From contig OZ024743.1 of assembly GCA_964016885.1 (NCBI GenBank), positions 77,562,001-77,626,000 of the forward strand: 64,000 nt of DNA. The letters run 5' to 3'. This DNA is from Eledone cirrhosa (lineage: Eukaryota). The notes under the pieces were generated by a model that saw only the letters and a program-made list of their open reading frames with translations, searched no databases and was not told where the DNA came from. Position numbers and translations under genes: made by a program. Below are positions 35,601 to 51,364 of this stretch, piece after piece (the stretch's first letter is position 1; every line of letters begins with the position of its first letter).

Positions 35601-36187
35601 TCTTATTTACTTCCATTTTTACTCCCACAATTACCACCCTGGGTATGACAGCATTTTATTCCTTTAATTCTCCTCATATACTTATGCTTTTACTCATCTG
35701 TTACCTAAAATTAGCACACGAGACTAGAATATTCGTTTCTGTACCCTTTATATCTGTTTATCTTTAATTACTCTCCCTACCCACACAGGACTTACACTGC
35801 ATATAAATTCAAATAACCCGGACTAACTTGGGATTGAATATAGTCTTTTAGCTGATTTATAGTAATGACTAGCAGAATGGCCGGGCGTTGCTCGAGATTC
35901 TAAACATAGATTGGCATGTTTATCCCTCTTTTCTGAAACAGTACAGGCATGACCTAAAAGCAGGACGAAATACACTAATACTAACAGGTAGAGTAATGAG
36001 TAAATTCGTCAATGATACATGTGATTTCCCAACCGTTGACTATGTAATTACTGGCCTTGTGCCAAAAGTAGTGGGACTTTTTGGGTGGCATATCGTCAGG
36101 AACAATGACGATAGGCCGCCTGTGCTTTCGTGAAATAAATACGTTTGTTTATATTTTGTTTTTGTGTATGCAAAAATATCTGTACAC

Positions 36188-36248
<61 letters not shown>

Positions 36249-36307
36249 CCGTTCAGACCCATGCTAGCGTGGAAGATGAACGTTAAACAATGATGATGAT
36301 GGTGATG

Positions 36308-36350
<43 letters not shown>

Positions 36351-36354
<4 letters not shown>

Positions 36355-38537
36355 CAAAATCACACCTCTTCATCACCTCTGATGCCACTCCATCTTCTCC
36401 ATGAGCCTTGCCCTCCTTGATCTTCTTCTTGGCTCTCTGAAGCTCCTCTCTGGTGAAGGGCTCTGTCTCAACATCCAGTTCCTCAAACAGCCGCCTGATC
36501 TCCCCAGTGCTCTGGGCTGTGGAGGGTGGCTCTCCTAGTAGGGTCCTAAAATGGTCTAGCCATTTCATCTTCCTATCCTCGGGCCCCGTTCCCTGGATCT
36601 GACTCGAACACCTTTTCTTCCTCCCTGTGATCTCGTTGATGATCATCCAGCTCTCCTTACATCCAGATCTGTCAACCGCTCTCTCCACACTTCTGATCTT
36701 CTCTATCAGTGCCTCCTCTCTGACCTCAGTGTAAGCGGTACAGAGCTCTTCCCTCATCACCTCCACAGTCTCCATCCTCTCCTCCGTAGGATCAGCATAG
36801 AATTAGTCCCTGGCAGCTTTCAGGTGTTCTCTGGCTGCACACACTTTTGGGTTTGCCGAACTGACGTGCTTCCCTTTGTTCTTTTTCCTCGGCACCAGGG
36901 TTTCACTTGCTTTCGCCACTGCATTGGTGAAGTGCCCGTACCTCCTCGTTACACTCTCCTCAGTCCATCCAATCTCTCTCTCCTCTGACTCTCCACACAG
37001 AGCACTAAACCTGTTTCTCACTTCCACTGTGAACCTCTCCTGTAGCTTATCATCTTCCTTGAAAGCTCCCCAGTCATAGATTGTTCTCCGGGGCTGAGCC
37101 TTGCTCTTTCTTAAGCTCACGCGGACCTCACTCATAACAAGCCGGGGTTCTGTAACGGGGCACTGGAGAAAGGAGTTGCCCCGAATCAGTGGAGGATCAG
37201 TAACATCGTCCCAGTGCCAAAGAAGGGAGATCTCTCTAACACCAACAACTACCGGGGGATCTCACTGACGTCACTTGTGGCAAAGACCCTCAACAGGATG
37301 ATTCTTAACAGGATCCAGCCTGAGATGGATAAGAAGCTCAGGGACAACCAGAACGGCTTCAGAGAGGGTAGATCAACGACCAGTCACATCCTGATGCTGA
37401 GGAGGATATTAGAGGGAGCTAGAGCAAAGTGCCTTCCTGCGGTCATGGTTTTCATTGACTTTAGGAAGGCCTTTGATTCTGTGGACCGTTACTGCCTGAT
37501 GAAGATCTTACAGGCTTATGGAATCCCCAAGAGGATAGTGGACCTGATATCACTGCTCTACACCAACACCAAAGCTCAAGTCATTACACCTGATGGGATG
37601 ACAGAGTTCTTTGAGATACTGGCTGGAATGCTCCAGGGAGATACATTGGCTCCCTACCTTTTTATCATCGTAGTGGACTATTGTATGCGCCTTGCACTGG
37701 AGAAACACCAGGACTCTGGCTTTACTGTAGCACCGGCTCAGAGCAGGAGAGTTGGGGCGAAAAAGGTATCGGATGCTGAATTTGCCGACGACATAGTTTT
37801 GGTGACAAATACAGTGAAGGAGGCAGAGGATTTGATGCGGGAGGTTGAGACTGTGTCGATGAGTGTGGGGCTGAGAATGAATGCGACTAAAACAAAATAT
37901 CTGGTAGAGAATGTTGAGAAGCCAGAGGGGATCACTAATGTAGGCGGGAAGCCGCTGGAATTGGTTGAGGACTTCCTGTATTTGGAAGCAAAGATTGGGA
38001 ATACGGAGGATGATGTGGTTGAGAGGAAGAGCAAGGCCTGGGCGGCGTGCCACAGCTTGAGATCGGTGTGGAAGTCGGACCTTCGTAGAGACCTGAAAAT
38101 CCGCCTCTTCATTGCTGTAGTGGAGTCTGTGCTGCTGTATGGGTCTGAGACTTGGACACTGACCAAGAAACTCACTCAGATGGTGGATGGGTGCTACACA
38201 AGAATGCTGAGGATGGCTCTGAACATTAATCAGTATACACTGAGGATGAAAAACTCAGAGCTGTATGGGAGCATCCCAAAAGTCAGCTCAACAGTGACAC
38301 AGAGGAGACTGAGGTTGGCTGGACATGCTCACCGACATCCAGAGTTGACATTGCACTCGGTCCTCCTTTGGGAGACCCTACATGGACACACTAGAAGAGG
38401 AAGACCAAGGTTAACATATGTTGATGCCCTAAGGACAGACACTGGTCTGTTGGAGATGCAGGATATGGCAGCGATAATGAGGGACAGAGACCGCTGAAGA
38501 GAACTCGTCCATGGATCTCGGGAATTTTACCCGCCTT

Positions 38538-38539
<2 letters not shown>
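36351..38539 (+). mobile_element. Duplicate of the 5'-inverted RTE LINE
   Basis: Offset 10225 from 26126, same inversion junction; TGG>TGA nonsense change at 38495-38497 shortens the ORF (37214-38497). Confidence 0.9.
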
Positions 38540-38609
<70 letters not shown>

Positions 38610-38621
38610 ATAACAGATTAA

Positions 38622-38672
38622 AGTTTAAGCAAAGAATCGCTGCTTTCACCCTTAACGGGATCTTCTGAAGCT
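38622..38672 (-). ncRNA. Hammerhead-like fold, CAGAAGA core (array copy 4)
   Basis: Same sequence as 28373-28423. Confidence 0.5.
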
Positions 38673-41600
38673 AAAAAAAAATCAATCTGTGAATGCAGAA
38701 GTAAATATTTCGAAAAACGTTGCAACCGAAGGAAAACAGGAAGACGATACTTTGGTTCGTGAAGACGTTCCCTGGCAATGAACGGAAAATAGCGAAGATA
38801 ATACGTTAGCAATGAGAACAATATTTGTCATAATGTTGTAATGCAGACAGCTAGACATACAGACAGATCTTATAAGGGCGCGACGTTATAGCTATGTATC
38901 TATCTAAAAGGACAGACTAAGAAAGACAGAGAGATCGCTAACCGGCGCCTAATGCGGTCCATAGGGCATTGAAAATGTGAAATATTTTCTGCTCAAAATC
39001 ATTCACACGACCATAAGTATTACATGTGTAAAGTTTGAAAAAAACCGGTTGGGTGGTTCTCGAGTTTTAGGGAGTCAGACAGACAGACATTCTCTGTTTT
39101 AGATATATTTATAACTAACAGTGGTACCCGGCGTTGCATGGGATAAGGTATTTTGGAACGCGGGCAGCCAACAGACCTAATCGTGGAAAAACTGCATGCC
39201 TGGACAATATGTAAAGAAAATAAACCGAATACTCTGATGGCTGGATAATCTTTAAGATTTTCCTCTATGAAGCAGGAAAAATGTAGGTTTTCACCTAATG
39301 CGGGCCCTAGGGGATCAAAAAGTTGGATTTTCTTTACTCACGGTATGAAGAAGAGACTGACTAATACATAGTTACAATTTCAAGGAAATCGATCTGACGT
39401 AACGCCTCAAAAAACCCCTAAAAAGCTGAAAAAACCATAGTTTTTCACCTAATGCGGGCCCTAGGTATTCAAAAAGTTGGATTTTCTTTACTCACGGTAT
39501 GAAGAAGAGACTGACTAATACATAGTTACAATTTCAAGGAAATCGATCTGACGTAACGCCTCAAAAAACCTGACTTTTATGTGCATTACACTCCCTGAAA
39601 CATAAGTAATACACATGTAAAGTTTGAAAATAATCGGTCGGATACATCTCGAGTTTTAGGGATTCAAACTCTCTCTCTCTCTCACACACACACATACTCA
39701 ATTTTATATATACAGATAGTAGTTAATATTTGTATTTGTTTTTGTATCAACAGAGGTCACCAATATAGCAGGCATTTAATAGCCACCAGTTTAGCTATTA
39801 AATAATATTATGCCATGTAATAATAACATCAACGACAATAATAATAATAATGATGTATTTTGTTGTAACAGGAAAGGTATGGTTTGTTATATAAATAAAT
39901 GTAAGTTGAATTGAGGTTCGGCTGTAAGTCTCAGATTCTGTTGCTGCAGTGATAATAACTCTGGAAAGGATCTTTCCATATCACATTTAAAGGCAATGGC
40001 TGTGGTAAATAGGATCACAAGATTTTACAATGTTTTTACATAATTTATTTACAAACCGATTACAAAGATTGAGCTGGGTTGAGCTGGCATGCCAAAACAA
40101 ATGAATAAACAAATTAAGAGTTTAGAAGGTACGGTCAACTGGCTGAAATGCTGACCAGGCCGCAGTTATGTTGTTGTCGTTACACATTGGCTAGTGGTTG
40201 CGGGGCAAAAGAAAACTGGTTGTTTACCTTTCCACAGTTGAAGCAACAAGAGATATAATTTATCGAAAGTAGCGAGACAGTCTCAGTTTAGGCGGAAGTT
40301 GAAAACACATATCCGTGCCCGGATCACGATTGGCCTGACTTGGCCTATCAATGCGCCAAAGGAAAGTAGTTTGCTACAGTCTGTTTACTTATTTCATCAG
40401 ATTTTTCTACTTTTAAACTTCACACCACGGGTGTGAATAACTAGTAATCGTTTGGTACACGCGATGATCCGATGACTATGACGGCCTTCCCGCCTGCACG
40501 CCCAGCGCTTGAGTAGATCAACCTTCCTAGAGTGCTTGGAAAAATAAACTTCTCTTTCTTTCTGTAAACGAAAATACTTGGAACGGCTGACACCCTCTTG
40601 GGCCCTGGGCGAGCTTGGAATCCACCGCGTCACCGGTTATTGACCACCATACAGCACTCTTAATTTTTAAGCTTAATCTTTAGTCCTAAATTTAAATTCT
40701 ACCCTAAAAATGTATCATGAATATCAAAAGTATATTTAACTTTTACATAAATGCCTCCTTCTACTAGTCCTTTAAATAAATCCCCCACTAGCGTGAATAA
40801 CTAGTAATCGTTTGGTATACGCGATTATCAGCCGACGGTGACGGACTTCCCGCAAGCACATCCGGCGCTTGAGTCGGCTAACCTTCCTGGAGTGCTTGGA
40901 AAAATAAATGTATATTTCTTTCGGTAGACGAAAATACTCGGAACGGTTGACACGCCATTGGGCCCTTGGTGGGCTGGGAGTCGGTCACGTCACTGTTATT
41001 GACCGCCAAACGGTACTCTTAAATTTGGGCTTAATCTTACTTTTTTAATCTTAACTTTATATTCTACCCTGAAACCTTATTATGACTATCAATAATACAT
41101 TTAACCGTTTCATAAATGCTTCCTTCTGCAAATTCTTTAACTAAATCTCCCAATTTTTTACCTAAACCTTACTTTAGGCGGTCATTAACCTACACTACGT
41201 ATCACCTGATATCACTCCTACTCTTCTATCCCCTATATCTATATTTATAACCGGGTATTCCCCAACCGTTTTATCTATTTTTTTATTTGCTACACCTTGA
41301 TCTATATTTTATTTCTTCTGTATTTTGATTTCTTTGTATGTCATTAACATATTGTATTTTATATGTCATCAACATACACTACGTATCACCTCATACCACT
41401 TCTACTCTTCAATCTTTTATATCTATATTTAAAACCAAGTATTCCCCACCAACCGTGTTATCTATAGCTAATTTGCTACACATTGATCTGTATTTTATTT
41501 CTTCTGTATTTTGATTTCTTCGATATGTTCTTATTTACTTCCATTTTTACTCCCACAATTACCACCCTGGGTATGACAGCATTTTATTCCTTTTATTCTC

Positions 41601-42368
41601 CTCATATACTTATGCTTTTACTCATCTGTTACCTAAAATTAGCACACGAGACTAGAATATTCGTTTCTGTACCCTTTATATCTGTTTATCTTTAATTACT
41701 CCCCCTACCCACACAGGACTCACACTGCATATAAATTCAAATAACCCGGACTAACTTGGGATTGAATATAGTCTTTTAGCTGATTTATAGTAATGACTAG
41801 CAGAATGGCCGGGCGTTACTCGGGATTCTAAACATAGATTGGCATGTTTATCCCTCTTTTCTGAAACAGTACAGGCATGACCTAAAAGCAGGACGAAATA
41901 CACTAAGACTAACAGGTAGAGTAATGAGTAAATTCGTCAATGATGCATGTGATTTCCGAACCGTTGACTATGTAATTACTGGCCTTGTGCCAAAAGTAGT
42001 GGGACTTTTTGGGTGGCATATCGTCAGGAACAATGACGATAGGCCGCCTGTGCTTTCGTGAAATAAATACGTTTGTTTATATTTTGTTTTTGTGTATGCA
42101 AAAATATCTGTACACGAATATATATATATCTAGGAGCAGTTTAGGTATGATACATGTTATTACTAATTATATCTAAATGTTTCTTCTCTCTTCATAATGT
42201 ATTTTTAACTCTGATACTGGTCCAGTCTGATTCAACCGGATTGGTCTGTCCCAGTCATTCATTGAGCAACATCGGTAAGGTTGGCACCATTAACTCACGG
42301 TTGGGTGTGGATGCATTAATGTATATGTGTGTGTCCGCATGTATCTGTGTGTTTCTAAATATATTATA

Positions 42369-42411
<43 letters not shown>

Positions 42412-42572
42412 GTGTACAGATATTTTTGCATACACAAAAACAAAATATAAACAAACGTATTTATTTCACGAAAGCACAGTCGGCCTATCGTCATTGTTCC
42501 TGACGATATGCCACCCAAAAAGTCCCACTACTTTTGGCACAAGGCCAGTAATTACATAGTCAACGGTTCGGA

Positions 42573-42654
<82 letters not shown>

Positions 42655-42655
42655 G

Positions 42656-42728
<73 letters not shown>

Positions 42729-42779
42729 TATATATTTGCCGTCCAGACCCATGCTAGCGTGGAAGATGAACGTTAAACA

Positions 42780-42814
<35 letters not shown>

Positions 42815-42846
42815 ATATATATATATATATAAAGATAACAGATTAA

Positions 42847-42897
42847 AGTTTAAGCAAAGAATCGCTGCTTTCACCCTTAACGGGATCTTCTGAAACT
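42847..42897 (-). ncRNA. Hammerhead-like fold, CAGAAGA core (array copy 5)
   Basis: Same sequence as 22430-22480. Confidence 0.55.
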
Positions 42898-43650
42898 AAA
42901 AAAAAATCAATCTGTGAATTCAGAAGTAAATATTTCGAAAAACGTTGCAACCGAAGGAAAACAGGAAGACGATACTTTGGTTCGTGAAGACGTTCCCTGG
43001 CAATGAACGGAAAATAGCGAAGATAATACGTCAGCAATGAGAACAATATTTGTCATAATGTTGTAATGCAGACAGCTAGACATGCAGACAGATCTTATAA
43101 GGGCGCGACGTTATAGCTATGTATCTATCTAAAAGGACAGACTAAGAAAGACAGAGAGATCGCTAACCGGCGCCTAATGCGGTCCATAGTGCATTGAAAA
43201 TTTGAAATATTTTCTGCTCAAAATCACTCACACGACCATAAGTATTACATGTGTAAAGTTTGAAAAAAACCGGTTGGGTGGTTCTCGAGTTTTAGGGAGT
43301 CAGACAGACAGACATTCTCTGTTTTAGATATATTTATAACTAGCAGTTGTACCCGGCGTTGCATGGGATAAGGTATTTTGGAACGCGGGCAGCCAACAGA
43401 CCTAATCGTGGAAAAACTGCATGCCCGGACAATATGTAAAGAAAATAAACCGAATACTCTGATGGCTGGATAATCTTTAAGATTTTCCTCTATGAAGCAG
43501 GAAAAATGCAGGTTTTCACCTAATGCGGGCCCTAGGGGATCAAGAAAATGAATTTTTTTTATGTGCATAATATGCCTTGAAATTTGGGGAAAATCGGTTA
43601 GACGTAACGTCTCAAAAAAGCCCTAAAAAGTTTTTTAAAATGAAGTTTTT

Positions 43651-44740
43651 CACCTAATGCGGGCCCTAGGAATCAAAAAGTTGGATTTTCTTTACTCACG
43701 GTATGAAGAAGAGACTGACTAATACATAGTTACAATTTCAAGGAAATCGATCTGACGTAACGCCTCAAAAAACCCCTATAAACCTGAAAAAACCATAGTT
43801 TTTCACCTAATGCGGGCCCTAGGAATCAAAAAGTTGGATTTTCTTTACTCACGGTATGAAGAAGAGACTGACTAATACATAGTTACAATTTCAAGGAAAT
43901 CGATCTGACGTAACGCCTCAAAAACCCCTAAAAAGCTAAAAAAATGAAGTTTTTCACCTACTGCGGTCCCTAGGAATCAAAAAGTTGGATTTTCTTTACT
44001 CACGGTATGAAGAAGGGACTGACTAATACATAGTTACAATTTCAAGGAAATCGATCTGACGTAACGCCTCAAAAAAGCCCTAACAAGCTAAAAAAATGAA
44101 GTTTTTCAGCTAATGCGGACCCTAGGAATCAAAAAGTTGGATTTTCTTTACTCACGGTATGAAGAAGAGACTGACTAATACATAGTTACAATTTCAAGGA
44201 AATCGATCTGACGTAACGCCTCAAAAAAGCCCTAAAAAGCTAAAAAAACCATAGTTTTTCACCTAATGCGGGCCCTAGGAATCAAAAAGTTGGATTTTCT
44301 TTACTCACGGTATGAAGAAGGGACTGACTAATACATAGTTACAATTTCAAGGAAATCGATCTGACGTAACGCCTCAAAAAAGCCCTAACAAGCTAAAAAA
44401 ATGAAGTTTTTCACCTAATGCGGGCCCTAGGAATCAAAAAGTTGGATTTTCTTTACTCACGGTATGAAGAAGAGACTGACTAATACATAGTTACAATTTC
44501 AAGGAAATCGATCTGACGTAACGCCTCAAAAAACCCCTATAAACCTGAAAAAACCATAGTTTTTCACCTAATGCGGGCCCTAGGTATTCAAAAAGTTGGA
44601 TTTTCTTTACTCACGGCATGAAGAAGAGACTGACTAATACATAGTTACAATTTCAAGGAAATCGATCTGACGTAACGCCTCAAAAGACCCCTAAAAAGCT
44701 GAAAAAACCATAGTTTTTCACCTAATGCGGGCCCTAGGTA
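43651..44740. repeat. ~152-bp tandem repeat expanded to 7 full copies inside Helitron H1
   Basis: cacctaatgcgggccctagg-type unit starts at 43651, 43804, 43955, 44107, 44260, 44412, 44565, 44719. Confidence 0.95.
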
Positions 44741-45721
44741 TTCAAAAGGTTGACGTTTATGTGCATTACACTCCCTGAAACATAAGTAATACACATGTAA
44801 AGTTTGAAAAAGCTGATATCACTCCTACTCTTCTATCCCCTATATCTATATTTATAACCGGGTATTCCCCAACCGTTTTATCTATTTTTTATTTGCTCCA
44901 CCTTGATCTATATTTTATTTCTTCTGTATTTTGATTTCTTTGTATGTCATTAACATATTGTATTTTATATGTCATTAACATACACTACGTATCACCGCAT
45001 ACTACTTCTACTCTTCAATCCTCTATATCTATATTTATAACCAAGTATTCCCCACCAACCGTGTTATCTATAGTTAATTTGCTACACCTTGATCTGTATT
45101 TTATTTCTTCTGTATTTTGATTTCTTCGATATGTTCTTATTTACTTCCATTTTTACTCCCACAATTACCACCCTGGGTATGACAGCATTCTAGTCATTTT
45201 ATTCTCCTTATATACTTATGTTTGTACTCATCCGTTACCTAAAATTAGCACACGAGACTAGAATATTCGTTTCTGTACCCTTTATATCTGTTTATCTTTA
45301 ATTACTCTCCCTACCCACACAGGACTTACACTGCATATAAATTCAAATAACCCGGACTAACTTGGGATTGAATATAGTCTTTTAGCTGATTTATAGTAAT
45401 GACTAGCAGAATGGCCGGGCGTTGCTCGGGATTCTAAACATAGATTGGCATGTTTATCACTCTTTTCTGAAACAGTACAGGCATGACCTAAAAGCAGGAC
45501 GAAATACACTAAGACTAACAGGTAGAGTAATGAGTAAATTCGTCAGTGATGCATGTGATTTCCGAACCGTTGACTATGTAATTACTGGCCTTGTGCCAAA
45601 AGTAGTGGGACTTTTTGGGTGGCATATCGTCAGGAACAATGACGATAGGCCGCCTGTGCTTTCGTGAAATAAATACGTTTGTTTATATTTTGTTTTTGTG
45701 TATGCAAAAATATCTGTACAC

Positions 45722-45773
<52 letters not shown>

Positions 45774-48700
45774 GTGAATGCAGAAGTAAATATTTCGAAA
45801 AACGTTGCAACCGAAGGAAAACAGGAAGACGATACTTTGGTTCGTGAAGACGTTCCCTGGCAATGAACGGAAAATAGCGAAGATAATACGTCAGCAATGA
45901 GAACAATATTTGTCATAATGTTGTAATGCAGACAGCTAGACATACAGACAGATCTTATAAGGGCGCGACGTTATAGCTATGTATCTATCTAAAAGGACAG
46001 ACTAAGAAAGACAGAGAGATCGCTAACCGGCGCCTAATGCGGTCCATAGTGCATTGAAAATTTGAAATATTTTCTGCTCAAAATCACTCATACGACCATA
46101 AGTATTACAAGTGTAAAGTTTGAAAAAAACCGGTTGGGTGGTTCTCGAGTTTTAGGGAGTCAGACAGACAGACATTCTCTGTTTTAGATATATTTATAAC
46201 TAGCAGTGGTACCCGGCGTTGCATGGGATAAGGTATTTTGGAACGCGGGCAGACAACAGACCTAATCGTGGAAAAACTGCATGCCCGGACAATATGTAAA
46301 GAAAATAAACCGAATACTCTGATGGCTGGATAATCTTTAAGATTTTCCTCTATGAAGCAGGAAAAATGCAGGTTTTCACCTAATGCGGGCCCTAGGGGAT
46401 CAAGAAAATGAATTTTTTTTATGTGCATAATATGCCTTGAAATTTGGGGAAAATCGGTTAGACGTAACGCCTCAAAAAAGCCCTAAAAAGTTTTTTAAAA
46501 TGAAGTTTTTCACCTAATGCGGGCCCTAGGAATCAAAAAGTTGGATTTTCTTTACTCACGGTATGAAGAAGAGACTGACTAATACATAGTTACAATTTCA
46601 AGGAAATCGATCTGACGTAACGCCTCAAAAAACCCCTAAAAAGCTGAAAAAACCATAGTTTTTCACCTAATGCGGGCCCTAGGTATTCAAAAAGTTGGAT
46701 TTTCTTTACTCACGGTATGAAGAAGAGACTGACTAATACATAGTTACAATTTCAAGGAAATCGATCTGACGTAACGCCTCAAAAAACCCCTAAAAAGCTG
46801 AAAAAAGCATAGTTTTTCACCTAATGCGGGCCCTAGGTATTCAAAAGGTTGACTTTTATGTGCATTACACTCCCTGAAACATAAGTAATACACATGTAAA
46901 GTTTGAAAAAGCTGATATCACTCCTACTCTTCTATCCCCTATATCTATATTTATAACCGTGTATTCCCCAACCGTTTTATCTATTTTTTATTTGCTCCAC
47001 CTTGATCTATATTTTATTTCTTCTGTATTTTGATTTCTTTGTATGTCGGATACTTCTCGAGTTTTAGGGATTCAAACTCTCTCTCTCTCACACACACACA
47101 TACACACATACTCAATTTTATATATACAGATAATAGTTAATATTTGTATTTGTTTTTGTATCAACAGAGGTCACCAATATAGCAGGCATTTAATAGCCAC
47201 CAGTTTAGCTATTAAATAATATTATGCCATGTAATAATAACATCAACGACAATAATAATAATAATGATGTATTTTGTTGTAACAGGAAAGGTATGGTTTG
47301 TTATATCAATAAATGTAAGTTGAATTGAGGTTCGGCTGTAAGTCTCAGATTCTGTTGCTGCAGTGATAATAACTCTGGAAAGGATCTTTCCATATCACAT
47401 TTAAAGGCAATGGCTGTGGTAAATAGAATCACAAGATTTTACAATGTTTTTACATAATTTTTTTACAAACCGATTACAAAGATTGAGCTGGCTTGAGCTG
47501 GCATGCCAAAACAAATGAATAAACAAATTAAGAGTTTAGAAGGTACGGTCAACTGGCTGAAATGCTGGCCAGGCTGCAGTTATGTTGTTGTCGTTACACA
47601 TTGGCTAGTGGTTGCGGGGCAAAAGAAAACTGGTTGTTTACCTTTCCACAGTTGAAGCAACAAGAGATATAATTTATCGAAAGTAGCGAGACAGTCTCAG
47701 TTTAGGCGGAAGTTGAAAACACATATTCGTGCCCGGATCACGATTGGCCTGACTTGGCCTATCAATGCGCCAAAGGAAAGTAGTTTGCTACAGTCTGTTT
47801 ACTTATTTCATCAGATTTTTCTACTTTTAAACTTCACACCACGGGTGTGAATAACTAGTAATCGTTTGGTACACGCGATGATCCGATGACTATGACGGCC
47901 TTCCCGCCTGCACGCCCAGCGCTTGAGTAGATCAACCTTCCTTGAGTGCTTGGAAAAATAAACTTCTCTTTCTTTCTGTAAACGAAAATACTTGGAACGG
48001 CTGACACCCTCTTGGGCCCTGGGCGAGCTTGGAATCCGCCGCGTCACCGGTTATTGACCGCCAAACAGCACTCTTAATTTTTAAGCTTAATCTTTAGTCC
48101 TAAATTTAAATTCTACCCTAAAAATGTATCATGAATATCAAAAGTATATTTAACTTTTACATAAATGCCTCCTTCTACTAGTCCTTTAAATAAATCCCCC
48201 ACTAGCGTGAATAACTAGTAATCGTTTGGTATACGCGATTATCAGCCGACGGTGACGGACTTCCCGCTAGCACATCCGGCGCTTGAGTCGGCTAACCTTC
48301 CTGGAGTGCTTGGAAAAATAAATGTATATTTCTTTCGGTAGACGAAAATACTCGGAACGGTTGACACGCCATTGGGCCCTTAGTTGGCTGGGAGTCCGTC
48401 ACGTCACTGTTATTGACCGCCAAACGGTACTCTTAAATTTGGGCTTAATCTTACTTTTTTAATCTTAACTTTATATTCTACCCTGAAACCTTATTATGAC
48501 TATTAATAATACATTTAACCTTTTCATAAATGCTTCCTTCTGCAAATTCTTTTATTATATATATATTTTATTTATTAGTACATTTTAGCACTTCTGACTA
48601 ACTTCTTATATGTAACCTGATCTTACCGCTAGCATCTGTCCATGACGGGGTAGTATTAGTAACATACATTATAAACTTACGGCCCCTTGACCAGACTGAC

Positions 48701-48854
48701 AAGACAAGATTAAGTAGATTCCTCATTTGAAGGCGGCCACCTGGACTAGCAACTGCTAATTTTTGGCCGCCTTCTCGTCCTTGGCATTTTTCTCTGCTTT
48801 TCAGCCTCTTGGATTGTGTCTATTATTATATTCCTTTGTCGGATAAATTTCGGA

Positions 48855-48912
48855 ATACCTGATGATGTCTCCGGATTCATACTCAACCCGGCCATTGAAA
48901 TTTTCATAGTAT
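48855..48912 (+). ncRNA. Minimal type I hammerhead candidate
   Basis: AUAC-CUGAUGA-(imperfect stem II with CCGG/CCGG)-GAAA-U-uuuc-A-UA-GUAU. Confidence 0.55.
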
Positions 48913-48979
48913 AATAAATCTTTAAGGAATTACACCAGCCCAGCCTCCCTCCGTTATTTTATATTAGTGGTACTAATTT

Positions 48980-50477
<1,498 letters not shown>

Positions 50478-50782
50478 CAAATGCTAGGTCACCACCCTTT
50501 TGGTGTAACAGATTGATGCGTTGGCTATCCCCTCAAGGTGGGAGACAGGAAGCGACAGATATATAAAGCCTGTATCATCCCACGTTTATACAGAAAGATC
50601 GGAGTATTACGCTAGCAACTAACTATGTACAGATTCACCGCTACCTTCAGACCCTTGAGGTCTACAGAAACACAGAGACATCGGAGCACTACGATACAGA
50701 CACGCCATGTGAAGGATTCAATGCTACCTTTAGACCCCAGTGGTCTACAGAAAAACAATAAGCTATGTGAAAGATCCATTGC

Positions 50783-51141
50783 TGTAGAAGATCACGTCAC
50801 CTAGCGTCGACTTTGGAGGCAGTCGATTAACTGCCCTTAGTTCTGACGTCACGTTCTGACGTCAGTAGCTGAAACACCACTCTTAGACGGTGGTACGTCG
50901 AAGTGAACAGACGTGTTTCCACGCAGCGACGAAACAGCGACATCACACCATACGGTCGCGGCATAATATGATAATTAACAACTACCCAACTTTGGAGCAC
51001 TGATGTGTTAACCGTATTATAATTTGCTCTAATTAAGATGTTCACGTAACATAATCTTGAGGTATGTTCTTTTTTGTTTGACGATGTGCCAACCTGTATA
51101 TTATATCCAATTAGACGGGATGTCTGACCGTCCCGCCTAAA
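50783..51141 (+). repeat. 5' LTR
   Basis: tgtagaagatc...cccgcctaaa; about 5 differences from the 3' LTR. Confidence 0.93.
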
Positions 51142-51364
51142 GTGGTGACCTCCGACGATAAAATAAGATAACGCAGCCTATTTAATTTTACCATTCGCTT
51201 TAAATTGAAAATTGTTCGTCTAACACACAGAAAAAAAAATAATTTCACAATGCTGACCGGCCCGCCAACATTCCCGCAAATTGTCTTTCTTATACAAAAT
51301 GCAGCCATCTGATTGGATGCGGCGCATCACGTGAAGCCGTCTTTCCCGACCTTGACTAAATAGT

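Larger units (their letters stand above)
22413..48550. repeat. Composite higher-order tandem array: X(22413-28355) Y(28356-32550) X(32551-38605) Y(38606-42830), then variants Z1(42831-45770) and Z2(45771-48550); partial unit at ~19200-20066
   Basis: Identical ORFs recur at ~10.2-kb offsets (26989/37214, 24224/34513, 28369/38618, 30148/40397); module order is conserved; subunits are joined by (TA)n. Confidence 0.93.
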
